Positions 28,813 through 38,229 of a DNA stretch of 64,000 nt are shown here, piece after piece. Every line of letters begins with the position of its first letter. Positions within the stretch are counted from its first letter, which is position 1. Where the stretch lies: positions 32,001 through 96,000 of the forward strand of contig JANOAV010000087.1 in NCBI GenBank assembly GCA_031411295.1, in the 5' to 3' direction. Under the pieces are notes generated by a model. That model saw only the letters and a program-made list of their open reading frames with translations, ran no database searches and was not told where the DNA came from. Source of the DNA: Verrucomicrobiales bacterium (GTDB taxonomy: Bacteria > Verrucomicrobiota > Verrucomicrobiia > Verrucomicrobiales > V1-33). A program made the position numbers and the translations under genes.

Positions 28813-31800
28813 TTATTGTTTGATCAGCGTGACATGCCCAACGTAGTTCTTCTTGAGACTCTGATCCTTCATGTCGATGAGGATATCGCAGTGCGCGGAA
28901 ATGGACCGTCCCAATTCTGGGCTGTAAACACCATCAGGGCCTTGGATGAGACCGCTCTCTGGGCACCAGATGAAGCCTTTGTCCCAGGCGGGTTTGATCC
29001 AGTCGTAGCGGCTGAGGGTGGCGGTCGCTCCCACGCGGACGGATCCGTTTGCGGCTAAGAAAATGGGCTGCCCCGCGTCGTCGCAATCCACTCGCTCGCT
29101 GACACTGCCGGTGCTGCTAGTGAAACACATGCGGTAGGGGTGCTGCGGCTTGGGAACTAGTGGGGTCCAGCGCATGGCCTGGCTGCCCGTTTCTCCTTGC
29201 ATGAGTTGCCAGACGCGGAGGCGTCCGCTGGATGTATCGCCCATGCACGCTGCGGGTGGGATGTCTTTCAAGCTGGACTCTGTGGTGTTGATATTGGTGC
29301 CAGTGCCATGGGGATAAATGGGATCGCCATTGATGGGCACGATGCAGATGCCGATACCGCTGGCGCAGGCATAAGTCCGTTGCGGCACATCTGATCCATC
29401 GGTTTCCTGAATGCAGGTAGAGGCGTCGTAGCGGAACCGGACGGTTACAGTGGGCGTTGGCCCTGCTGGTGCAATGGTGCTGGAAATGCGACGATCACAG
29501 GCATCATAACCATAGCTGGCAATGGAGCCTCCGGACGCGCTCTGCACTTCCACCAAGCGGGAGTAGGCATCGTAAATCAGATGGAGCCCGGTGGCACCAC
29601 GGCTGAGATCCGTGAGGCAACCGTTGTCGTCCCAAGTCAGGGGACCGCCGGGCCATTTGCTGTATTGTCCCATCGCTGCTTCGCCACCATCACTGACATA
29701 TGAGCCAGGTCGGGTGCCGCCGCTGGTGCTAACGCGTTGGCCGCGGGCGTCCAGCACGTAGCTGACCTCGCTCTCGATGATCAGTGGCGCTGTGGAGGCA
29801 TCACGGAACCGCGTTAGGCTTCCGGTGACGAGATTCCTAGCATCCAGCGTGAAGTTGTGAACTCGGGCGGGGCCACCGAAATTATTGACCGTCTGCGTCA
29901 CGCATTGATCTGCATTGCGGCGGGTGACAGCGACTTCAATGGTGCCGCCCTGAGCGTTGGAAATGCCAGTGCGCACGCAGGTGCCGAAAGAGAAATCTGG
30001 CACCAGCGGGATGCTGGAACTGCCGCCGATGGCGGCCTCGCCATCGCTGCGGAAATCATACGTGGTGACGACTCCATTGGAGCGTGTTTCCTTCACGCAA
30101 TTGAGGCCGGAATATTCCCGCGCACTGATGGCTGGGACCAGCACTTGGCCAGTGGCGGTCACGCTGGAAACGCTGACCAGTTGCCCTTGAGCATTGCGGG
30201 CTTCGCTGAAACGTTCGCCTGTGGCATAAACGATGCCGGTGCGTCCTCGATGGCTGAACATGCGAGTTACCGTGCTACCGTTTTGCGTTTCGCTAACTTC
30301 ATTTCCGCAGGAATCGAAGGTGCGGGAAATGACGGAGGCGCCTTGCGTTAGTTGCACGCAATCATCCAGGCCACTGTAAACGTAGCTGGTGGCTGGCACG
30401 GGGACCACATCGGTTGGCAGATGATCGCAAGTGGTGCTGATGCAGCGCCCTTTGTAGTTGAAGTCAGCCGCAATGATCGCGCCATTTTTGCGGGTCCGGC
30501 TGACGGGATGGCCTAGTTTATCGAAGGTGCAGGATTCGGTGGTGGTGTCGGGATTCGTGGTGAGCACGCAGCGGCCTTGGGAATCGCAGGCATAGGTGGT
30601 GGTGTATCCGAGGGCATCCGTCTGGCTGGAACAAACACCGCCCAGACAGACGCACCTGGTGGTGGAAAGCACCAGGCCCAGCGGGCTGGTTTGCGTGACG
30701 GTGCAACTGGAGAACTCTCCCGTGGAGGCAGACAGAGTATCGAAATCACAGGTCGTAACGAGCCCGCCAGGCTGGACGCAGCGGGTGGTGCGGCTCAATG
30801 AATCGAAGTCACACGTGGTAGGATTGTTTGCCTGGTCGCGATAGCTAATCAAGCGCCCCAGAGCATCATACTGGTGGATGGTGGTGAATGTTTCCGCCGC
30901 CGTTCCTGCAATGGTCGAAAATGCGGTGACGACACAGACCGTAGGATTGCCGCAGGCATCCAGCGTGCAGACGGTGCTGCAAACGCCGGGTTTCGTGCAA
31001 GTGGTGAGGCGACCGGCAGTGTCATGGGCGAAAGTATTCAGCGTGTCGCTATTGCAAACTTCGCTGAGCAGCAGACCTGCGGGGGAGTAGTGCAGCGTGG
31101 TCGTTTCCAACGCTGGCGGTGTGGTCTGACCAGGGGTGAAACGTTCAACCACGCAGACGGCATCCGTTTCATCGAAATCGAAGAAGGGATTGCCGCCAGC
31201 CATGCGGCCTTTTGGAGCGCCAGTGCCCTGAGTATTGATGGCGTGATCGGTGATATCCGCCACATCCCTAGTCACGATGGGCTGGTTCGTGCGGTTGATC
31301 GCGTTGAGATTCAACTCTGCTTCCGAGCGCTTACCCTTTTTCATGTAATCGAGAAACTTTGGTATCGCCACACCATTCAACTCGAGCGCAAACCTGCCGC
31401 CAGTATAGGTCCGGCTCGATGAACGGGAAAGCAGCACATTTCCCGCCCCACCCGGCACATCAACGACTTCACCATAGACCGAGCAAGTGACGAAGCCTTT
31501 GTTGTCATAAGCACACTCGGTCACATTGCCCATCTCATCCGTGCAACTCTGGAGGCGGCGGAAGCCATCATAAGTGCAGCTAACGGTGGGACTGACGAGC
31601 GGGGCATCGGCTAGGGTGCTGCAGGCTTTCATGATCCCATACATGGTGTAGGAACATTCGGTCGTCACGGCATCAGCAGTGCCCAGGCCTCCCTCAATGG
31701 AGCGGAAGAGCAGGCCGCGTTCGTCGAAACGATAGTCGCACGTCAAATCCACCATTTGGCCGATGCTAGCGGCGGGTTTGCTGACGCGGATGCACTCGCC

Positions 31801-34800
31801 TGCGGCGTTCAGCGTGTAGTTGCAGACGTCGCAACTCTGCAAATCGACCGCAGTTGGCACCAACGTGGCGATGGGGAAATTCACGGGTTTCTGCTCGCAA
31901 GCTTCTGCGACGAGTCGGCCCCGGACGTCATAGATGCAGAAGCCAGTGTAAGCCGGATTAGCGGCCACAAGAGCGCCTGCGGCATCGCGATGCTCCATGT
32001 CGCAGCGCACGGGCAGGCCGCCGGCATCGTAAAATTGCGTGCAAGTAATGCGGGCCGCGTTGAGCGCATCGGTGCCCACAGCCGGAGAGGAAATGATGAC
32101 TGGTTGATCACAAGCGTTGTAAGTAATGAGCGCGTCATTTCCCCGCTCGTCGATCACCCGATTGATGCGTTTGAGGGCATCCCGCTCACAGGAAACCGTC
32201 AGCGCTAGGCCGGTGGGATCTTGGATGACGCTGGAGCAGAATTTAGTGACTTGGTCGTAGGAAATGTCGTTCACCAGAGGCGTGGTCCCATTGTTCACAC
32301 TCAGGCGGGTGACTTGGCCGAAGGGATTGCGGATGCAGGTGCCGCCACCGACGGGAGCGGTGCGGGAGGTGCAGTTGCCATGCGCATCGTAGCCCCAGGT
32401 ATGGACTTGGCCCAGGGAAGTGGTCATGCGAACCACGGGTGCTTCCCAGTCATCCCACGCAGAAATACCGCCGTCGAGATACTCATGCGGATCACCGGAA
32501 TGATCAACAGTGCGAGCGTATCCCGAGGGTGCCCTGGCACTCATTGAAGCGAATTTGCGAGCAACGCTAGCAGAGCCTTTGCGGGCAGGATTGAAGCTGA
32601 GACCTTTGACTGGGCCGCCAGGCTTGCAGGCAGGGCTATTAGCAACATTGATCGAACCATTCACCATACCGCCCTTGCGCGGAGCACTCGTTAGGACTCC
32701 TTCCCACTTCTCCATCTCAGCATCCCGGTGCTCCGTAGTCGCGCCCGTCACCTGAGCGTTGTCCCAGAAGCCTGCGTCGGCTTTGGTGAGTTTCGACATG
32801 GCAACCATCTCACCTGCATTGGCATTGTTTTTGAAATAAGGATTGTTGCTAGCATGCGCGGAATTCAAATCGCTCTTCGCCTTGTAGTAATCGTAGCCTT
32901 TCTTGGACAGCCAAAAGCCAATGACAGCTTCACAAGTTCCAAACCCCGCCAGGAAATCGCAACTCACCGTGCGTTCCTCGCCAAATGGGCTGCGCAGCGT
33001 GGTGAGACGGGCATTGCCCCGTTCCAGCACCGGACAATTGCGGGTCAGTTCGCGAGCGTAAGTGGTGATCGTTTGCAAGCCATCCTCCTCCGTGCAGACC
33101 GTGCAACAATGGTCCGCATTGTAATCACAAGTGGTCACATACATTGCAGGATCCGTGCTGCGTAGTTTGCTCGCAGCGGTGGGACGATTGCTCGCAGCCG
33201 TGACTGGCACGCCGGGCGTGGCGAATCCCGTGAATTCCGCCATGCGCACGCAGCGCCATTGTTTATCGAAATCACATTCCACCACGCGACCCACTTCATC
33301 ACAACTCGTGCAACGCAGCCCACCAGCAAATCCAGCACTGGGAGGGAGGAAAGCGTAGGAAAAAGTCATCGGTGCATCCGTGGGCAGCACCCGATCACAG
33401 TCCATGGTAACACAGCGCGCAAAGTCAGCATCCGCAGCATTGGAGGAAGTGCTGTAAGTGCAGGCGCAGACCAAGCGACCTGCTCCATCACGCATCGAGA
33501 GCAGTTGACGATTGCGGCGTGCATCCGTAAAGCCCGTAGAGTAAGTATAAGTCGTCGGCCCCTGAATGGCGGCTTGGCCGGGCAGTTGAGGACAGGAAAC
33601 GGATTTCAAATCCCCGGGATTACCGCCCGTTTCGCCTTGCGCAAAATAAGTGTAACTAACAAAGCGGCTCGTTTGATCCGTGACTCTGCCAAGATTACCG
33701 GTGGAGTCATAGTCAAAGCTCAGACTCTGGCCGAACTGGCTGCTGATCGTCGTCAGTTTCCCAACCGCAGAATACGCACACGTTAGCGCGACGCCATTTT
33801 TATCCTCGATGCTACCGATCCGACCCCGCCAAGGAGCACCCACCAGCGGGCAGAAGATGAATTTCGCATGATCTGCGAAGGTGAGTTCAAAGGAAGTGTC
33901 CGGCTTGAAGACGCCCGTGCGGAACATCCCATCTGCCGAGAACGATCCATCCGCCTGCCGCAGGAGCACATCGCGTCGGCCATCGCCCGTGAATAATAGA
34001 ATACAAGTGGCATTGACGCCCGAACCCATCGGCATCGGCTCAATCCGCACGTCAAAACAATGCTCCCAATGAGCCGCCGTGCCGCCATGCTGCATCGAGC
34101 GATACGTCCTCACTAAGTTCAAGGGAGGCCCTGCAGGCACGGCCACCGAGAGATCGCATTCCTGGAAGCAAACTTCGCCTGGCAGCGATTGAAATACCGC
34201 AGTCGCCTCTCCAATTTTTGGCGCACCATGCATTTTCTTGGAAATCGCGCCAAGGTTGTTCTCCGCCTCAGAGGTCTTTGAGCGCACACGTTCGCTTAAA
34301 GCAGGAGGCATCGTTGGAGGGGTGTCTGCAGCAAATCCCGACGCCGCTATTTCAAACGTCTGCCCAATCACCACCACCGTTGCCCCCAGAGGATCGACAA
34401 TCTTCGCTGCCTTGACCCACTGTTCTCCGGAATCCGCTGAATTGGCAACAACGGCTCGATACTGCCCCGGCCCATCTGGCACCAGCGGAGCGGAAATCAA
34501 AACCGGCGGAGTCCCTCCAAAATCAAACACAATCGAGCAACCATCCGGTAAACATTGGGCCTTGATGATCAGCGTGCTGCCACTGGAAATCACTGCTGGA
34601 GAAACGGAGAACACTTCGGCGGCTGGAATCTCAATGGAGTAAAACGCCCGCACTCCTGTTGGTTCCGGATCCACCCAGAATCCATCCGTGCCCGTGGGCA
34701 CAACCACGGAGCGTTCTCTCCAAGCACCAGCGCCAGCACTGGCGCTGAGATCAGTGCAGCTCAAAATGCGATAGTGTGCTCCGGGAATGGCAGGCCAACT

Positions 34801-34938
34801 AAGCCGAGTCTGAGATCCCGTCAGGCCAGTGGTGAATTCAATGGATGGTCGTAAATCCGCCGGAGCAGCAATCGTGTAACCGCTTAACAGCAGGAGTATG
34901 GAAGCGCTCAGTGAGCGGCATGTGGGAAACATTTTCAT
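28813..34938 (-). CDS. Atypical cysteine-rich secreted RHS/YD-repeat protein with mosaic insertions and no toxin tip
   Basis: Signal peptide; DUF6531-like PGE...DL.V...L...RTYRS...W; many YD repeats (YDALGRLI, YDGFRRL, YDAYSRL); degenerate core PESGL...YSPELGR. Confidence 0.88.
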   Translation of the reverse strand: MKMFPTCRSLSASILLLLSGYTIAAPADLRPSIEFTTGLTGSQTRLSWPAIPGAHYRILSCTDLSASAGAGAWRERSVVVPTGTDGFWVDPEPTGVRAFYSIEIPAAEVFSVSPAVISSGSTLIIKAQCLPDGCSIVFDFGGTPPVLISAPLVPDGPGQYRAVVANSADSGEQWVKAAKIVDPLGATVVVIGQTFEIAASGFAADTPPTMPPALSERVRSKTSEAENNLGAISKKMHGAPKIGEATAVFQSLPGEVCFQECDLSVAVPAGPPLNLVRTYRSMQHGGTAAHWEHCFDVRIEPMPMGSGVNATCILLFTGDGRRDVLLRQADGSFSADGMFRTGVFKPDTSFELTFADHAKFIFCPLVGAPWRGRIGSIEDKNGVALTCAYSAVGKLTTISSQFGQSLSFDYDSTGNLGRVTDQTSRFVSYTYFAQGETGGNPGDLKSVSCPQLPGQAAIQGPTTYTYSTGFTDARRNRQLLSMRDGAGRLVCACTYSTSSNAADADFARCVTMDCDRVLPTDAPMTFSYAFLPPSAGFAGGLRCTSCDEVGRVVECDFDKQWRCVRMAEFTGFATPGVPVTAASNRPTAASKLRSTDPAMYVTTCDYNADHCCTVCTEEDGLQTITTYARELTRNCPVLERGNARLTTLRSPFGEERTVSCDFLAGFGTCEAVIGFWLSKKGYDYYKAKSDLNSAHASNNPYFKNNANAGEMVAMSKLTKADAGFWDNAQVTGATTEHRDAEMEKWEGVLTSAPRKGGMVNGSINVANSPACKPGGPVKGLSFNPARKGSASVARKFASMSARAPSGYARTVDHSGDPHEYLDGGISAWDDWEAPVVRMTTSLGQVHTWGYDAHGNCTSRTAPVGGGTCIRNPFGQVTRLSVNNGTTPLVNDISYDQVTKFCSSVIQDPTGLALTVSCERDALKRINRVIDERGNDALITYNACDQPVIISSPAVGTDALNAARITCTQFYDAGGLPVRCDMEHRDAAGALVAANPAYTGFCIYDVRGRLVAEACEQKPVNFPIATLVPTAVDLQSCDVCNYTLNAAGECIRVSKPAASIGQMVDLTCDYRFDERGLLFRSIEGGLGTADAVTTECSYTMYGIMKACSTLADAPLVSPTVSCTYDGFRRLQSCTDEMGNVTECAYDNKGFVTCSVYGEVVDVPGGAGNVLLSRSSSRTYTGGRFALELNGVAIPKFLDYMKKGKRSEAELNLNAINRTNQPIVTRDVADITDHAINTQGTGAPKGRMAGGNPFFDFDETDAVCVVERFTPGQTTPPALETTTLHYSPAGLLLSEVCNSDTLNTFAHDTAGRLTTCTKPGVCSTVCTLDACGNPTVCVVTAFSTIAGTAAETFTTIHQYDALGRLISYRDQANNPTTCDFDSLSRTTRCVQPGGLVTTCDFDTLSASTGEFSSCTVTQTSPLGLVLSTTRCVCLGGVCSSQTDALGYTTTYACDSQGRCVLTTNPDTTTESCTFDKLGHPVSRTRKNGAIIAADFNYKGRCISTTCDHLPTDVVPVPATSYVYSGLDDCVQLTQGASVISRTFDSCGNEVSETQNGSTVTRMFSHRGRTGIVYATGERFSEARNAQGQLVSVSSVTATGQVLVPAISAREYSGLNCVKETRSNGVVTTYDFRSDGEAAIGGSSSIPLVPDFSFGTCVRTGISNAQGGTIEVAVTRRNADQCVTQTVNNFGGPARVHNFTLDARNLVTGSLTRFRDASTAPLIIESEVSYVLDARGQRVSTSGGTRPGSYVSDGGEAAMGQYSKWPGGPLTWDDNGCLTDLSRGATGLHLIYDAYSRLVEVQSASGGSIASYGYDACDRRISSTIAPAGPTPTVTVRFRYDASTCIQETDGSDVPQRTYACASGIGICIVPINGDPIYPHGTGTNINTTESSLKDIPPAACMGDTSSGRLRVWQLMQGETGSQAMRWTPLVPKPQHPYRMCFTSSTGSVSERVDCDDAGQPIFLAANGSVRVGATATLSRYDWIKPAWDKGFIWCPESGLIQGPDGVYSPELGRSISAHCDILIDMKDQSLKKNYVGHVTLIKQ

Positions 34939-35234
34939 AGTGATGCGGGTTTGGAATATGGACCGAATTAAGCCTGTAAACGGATCGTCTAGATTTTTCT
35001 AAAGATCTTATAGCCTACAAATCGGCCCCAGCCCATCCAAATTGCAAAATAAAGCAAAAAAATGCGGTTCATTAAGAGTCGTCATTATTCAAAGGGACGT
35101 GATAACTCGCCTGCACCAGGCCCAGTCAAGGAAATCCGCCCACGAGTGCACGCACAAGCCGGGCTCGATTCAAACTCGGATGCCCGCGGCCACGACTGCG
35201 GTCACGCCGAGCGCTGACGGATTTTTTGTTCAAC

Positions 35235-36221
35235 TCAAAACAGCGGAATTTCTTCCCGCGTCAGCAACTGCGGTTGCTGCCGATTCCGCACCACCACAAT
35301 GATGCGGCGGCGGAAGTCACCCACTGTGCCGGTGGCTTCGATGCGGGTGGTCGAGTCGTTCACCGTGAGGCGTTGCGACGTCCTTTCTTCAAACTCAGGA
35401 TCATTGCCATGCGGGCCGCTGCCCACATTGAGCAGTCCCAGCGCTTCCTGCACGCTGCCATACTTGTGGTCATCTTTCGTGTCCTCAATCTTGTCATCAC
35501 CCCAGCGGGATTCCACGAACTGCTGGGCATCCTCGGCCGCGACATCGCAGACGATTTCCAGCAAGTCCGCGGGGGCTTCATTGAGATCCAGTTTCCCCTG
35601 ACTGTAGATCGTCAAATAATCGCGCCAATTTGGTTTGGCCGACACCAGGGTATCGAAACCGGGCACGAGCAGGAGTTCATCCAAATTGTAGAAATAGCGA
35701 TTGAAGGGATAACCCACGATTCCCTCCTTCTCATACTGCTCCTTCTCCATGCCGTGTTCCAAATGCTCGTCGTTCTTGTCCACCCAGTCGATGAGGTTGT
35801 CGATCAAGCGATCCCGATCGGCCTCCTCGGTCATCCCCCAAGCTTCGAAAATACGCTTCAGCAGTTCCCGATCCGGATTCCCTGGATTCACCAGCGTATT
35901 GATGTTGAGTCTCCCGCCTTCGCCACGGATCTTCACATTGAACTGCTCGTAGCCATCCTCGGTGAAATTATGGTTTAACAAATTGTAGTCCGTCCGCTTC
36001 ACGGCTGGATTCATTCCCATGTTAATCCCCATTTCCGCCAGGCAACGGCAGCGGAATCCCTTCTTCTGGGCATCCGTGAACTCGATGTCATTACGCACCA
36101 CCCGCATGGTTGTGAAAACCAGATATGTTAGCATCATGATCAGGGCGAACACCAGCATCAAGGCCGAACCTTGCTGGCTTTGGCGCTGCTTGATTTGCGC
36201 GGTGGTGAGGAGAATTTTCAT
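35235..36221 (-). CDS. gspK: Type II secretion minor pseudopilin GspK-like
   Basis: QGSALMLV prepilin site lacking E5, EGGRLNIN, LIDWVD.N, N..F..LDELLLVPG, LDLNEAP. Confidence 0.88.
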   Translation of the reverse strand: MKILLTTAQIKQRQSQQGSALMLVFALIMMLTYLVFTTMRVVRNDIEFTDAQKKGFRCRCLAEMGINMGMNPAVKRTDYNLLNHNFTEDGYEQFNVKIRGEGGRLNINTLVNPGNPDRELLKRIFEAWGMTEEADRDRLIDNLIDWVDKNDEHLEHGMEKEQYEKEGIVGYPFNRYFYNLDELLLVPGFDTLVSAKPNWRDYLTIYSQGKLDLNEAPADLLEIVCDVAAEDAQQFVESRWGDDKIEDTKDDHKYGSVQEALGLLNVGSGPHGNDPEFEERTSQRLTVNDSTTRIEATGTVGDFRRRIIVVVRNRQQPQLLTREEIPLF

Positions 36222-36239
36222 GAGGAGAAATTTGGTAAA

Positions 36240-37124
36240 TTATCTGCCGCCGCGACCGCCAGCGGGTGGGGCTCCTTTCGGTGGACCGCCGCCACCGGGA
36301 GGTAAGGTAGTCCCGGGATTGCCACCCCCACCGCCTGGATTGCCGCCCCCGCCGGAGCCAGCCTGGCCTCCGCCGCCATTGGCGAACTGTTCTGGACTAA
36401 CCATACTCGGAATCCAGAAAATGAGATCCAACGGTTCGAAGGAATCCGCCATTTGCAGCTTGAACTTCACCCGCGTGGGACGCTTCGTTTTATCAAATGG
36501 CCATTCCAAGACCCAGTCGTCCTCGGAGTTACGGGAGGTGCTGCCAGCCTGGGAACTGGGAGCTGTCGTGTCGTCGATTACCTTCCAGGTCATTTCCTGA
36601 ATGCCTTCCATCAACTCCAGCCGGCGCACGCGGGGCAGACCTGTGGCCCGGTCCACGCTGCGTTCGTCAAGCGATCCCTTTTCATAATCCTGGGATGCTT
36701 CCTCGTCCAGATAGAGCACCACTGCCGTGTATTGCCGCACTTTATTGCGCTCCATGCGGAGGATCACCGACTTCGAGCCCGCAGACACTCCCGACCAAGC
36801 GAACGCCAGCGGGTAGTCTTTGAAATAGACCTCACTGGACCCATTGCCACCGCGGGGCACAATCAAGTGCACTTTACTATTCCCTGGTGCCTGCTCGAAA
36901 CTCCGTCGCACTAATTCAGCAAAACTGGTCATACGCATCCCCTCCTCCTGCTCCTCCATGACATTGCGCGCGATAGCCAGCGCCCCCCGCTGCACACCGA
37001 AGATCCCGCCAATCAAAATTGCCATCAACGCCACCGCCAGCATCACTTCCAGTAAAGTGAAACCGGCACGTCGCACCCGCCGAGGTGGATGGGAGTTCAT
37101 GATAGGGGATGGGTTAAGTTTCAT
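36240..37124 (-). CDS. Pseudopilin GspJ-like, Gly/Pro-rich tail
   Basis: AGFTLLEVMLAVALMAIL prepilin motif; position before gspK. Confidence 0.8.
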   Translation of the reverse strand: MKLNPSPIMNSHPPRRVRRAGFTLLEVMLAVALMAILIGGIFGVQRGALAIARNVMEEQEEGMRMTSFAELVRRSFEQAPGNSKVHLIVPRGGNGSSEVYFKDYPLAFAWSGVSAGSKSVILRMERNKVRQYTAVVLYLDEEASQDYEKGSLDERSVDRATGLPRVRRLELMEGIQEMTWKVIDDTTAPSSQAGSTSRNSEDDWVLEWPFDKTKRPTRVKFKLQMADSFEPLDLIFWIPSMVSPEQFANGGGGQAGSGGGGNPGGGGGNPGTTLPPGGGGPPKGAPPAGGRGGR

Positions 37125-37624
37125 GGAGCTGGGGTCGCTGCCGCTGCTGCGCTGCTGGTAGCCTTGTAGAGAGGTAAATACCGCCAGACTTCGGCATCCT
37201 GCATTTCCGGCTCAGACTTCCAAGCCACATGATAGAGTGCCTTCACATAAATCCGATACATCTGCGTGACCTGCTGACCGTCTTCGTTTTGAATATCCTT
37301 CATTTCCTCCACGATGGACTCCGTCCAGATCCCCGAGGCATCGGGCGTTGTGACTTCTGGTGATCTATCCTTCCAGGGAGTCAGGTCTGGCAACTTGGAA
37401 ATTTCCGTCACCTTCGACTGGAGTCGCAGCATCATTTGCGCGTCCAATTGAGATTCGACGGCCATCCGAGTGGTCAACGTCAACGTCTTCATCAACGCCA
37501 CCGCGCAGATGCCGAACAAGCTCAGCGCCAACATGATCTCCACCATGATGAAACCCCGCCGGGTCACGAGCAACCGTGGCCGGATGGAGATTCGGGGGGA
37601 AGCATTGTTTAGGTATGATTTCAT
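37121..37624 (-). CDS. Pseudopilin GspI-like
   Basis: RRGFIMVEIMLALSLFGI prepilin motif; operon position. Confidence 0.78.
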   Translation of the reverse strand: MKSYLNNASPRISIRPRLLVTRRGFIMVEIMLALSLFGICAVALMKTLTLTTRMAVESQLDAQMMLRLQSKVTEISKLPDLTPWKDRSPEVTTPDASGIWTESIVEEMKDIQNEDGQQVTQMYRIYVKALYHVAWKSEPEMQDAEVWRYLPLYKATSSAAAAATPAP

Positions 37625-37645
37625 GGTTTGGGGTTGGGATCTAGT

Positions 37646-38197
37646 TTAATCCACCTCTTCTTCACCCACGGCACCAGCCGTGAGCGGGTCGAATCCAACT
37701 TCCAGTGCGCGTTGTTCGAACTCAACGCGGACGCGGATCGGCTCACAAATGCCGCTGTGCTGAAAGACCCAGTGATCCGGCCGGGGTTTCTGCCATTTGT
37801 CCTCCCCGAACCGCCGCACTGCGAACACCACGTTCTCCTCGAAATTAACCAACTCATCCGTGGGCTTACGCTCTAGCTTCTTGTCGGCCGTCGCCAGGAA
37901 GGTTTGATCCGCCTCACTGGCCGCCTGCTTGGGACGGAGTTCCAGAGAATGCTCGGTAATGATGACCTCCCAGTCTCGCTGCTCTGCAATCGCCAAGTGC
38001 GAGGCCCGTTTGGCCATCTCCTTCAGCTTGTCCATGGGCTTATGCAGCTTCTGATCCGCCGCCCAGAAGGTGCCCGCATGAGTGCCCACACCGATCAAAA
38101 TCAGCACGATCCCCAACCCCACCATCAGCTCCACCAGCGTGAAACCCGCCTGCGCGCGGCGGTCGATCGATGATCGTATTGGAGGAGGAGTGTTCAC
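37646..38197 (-). CDS. Pseudopilin GspH-like
   Basis: AGFTLVELMVGL prepilin motif, F..SG.CEP, FDPLTA; GTG start re-called at 38197. Confidence 0.78.
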   Translation of the reverse strand: MNTPPPIRSSIDRRAQAGFTLVELMVGLGIVLILIGVGTHAGTFWAADQKLHKPMDKLKEMAKRASHLAIAEQRDWEVIITEHSLELRPKQAASEADQTFLATADKKLERKPTDELVNFEENVVFAVRRFGEDKWQKPRPDHWVFQHSGICEPIRVRVEFEQRALEVGFDPLTAGAVGEEEVD

Positions 38198-38229
38198 GAG
38201 TGGGTAGGTTACAGTGTTTTGGAAGCAGA

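Noticed and set aside
28813..34938. Classical polymorphic toxin/immunity locus or diversity-generating retroelement target
   Set aside because: No C-terminal toxin, no immunity ORF space, and no reverse transcriptase or template repeat seen in the window
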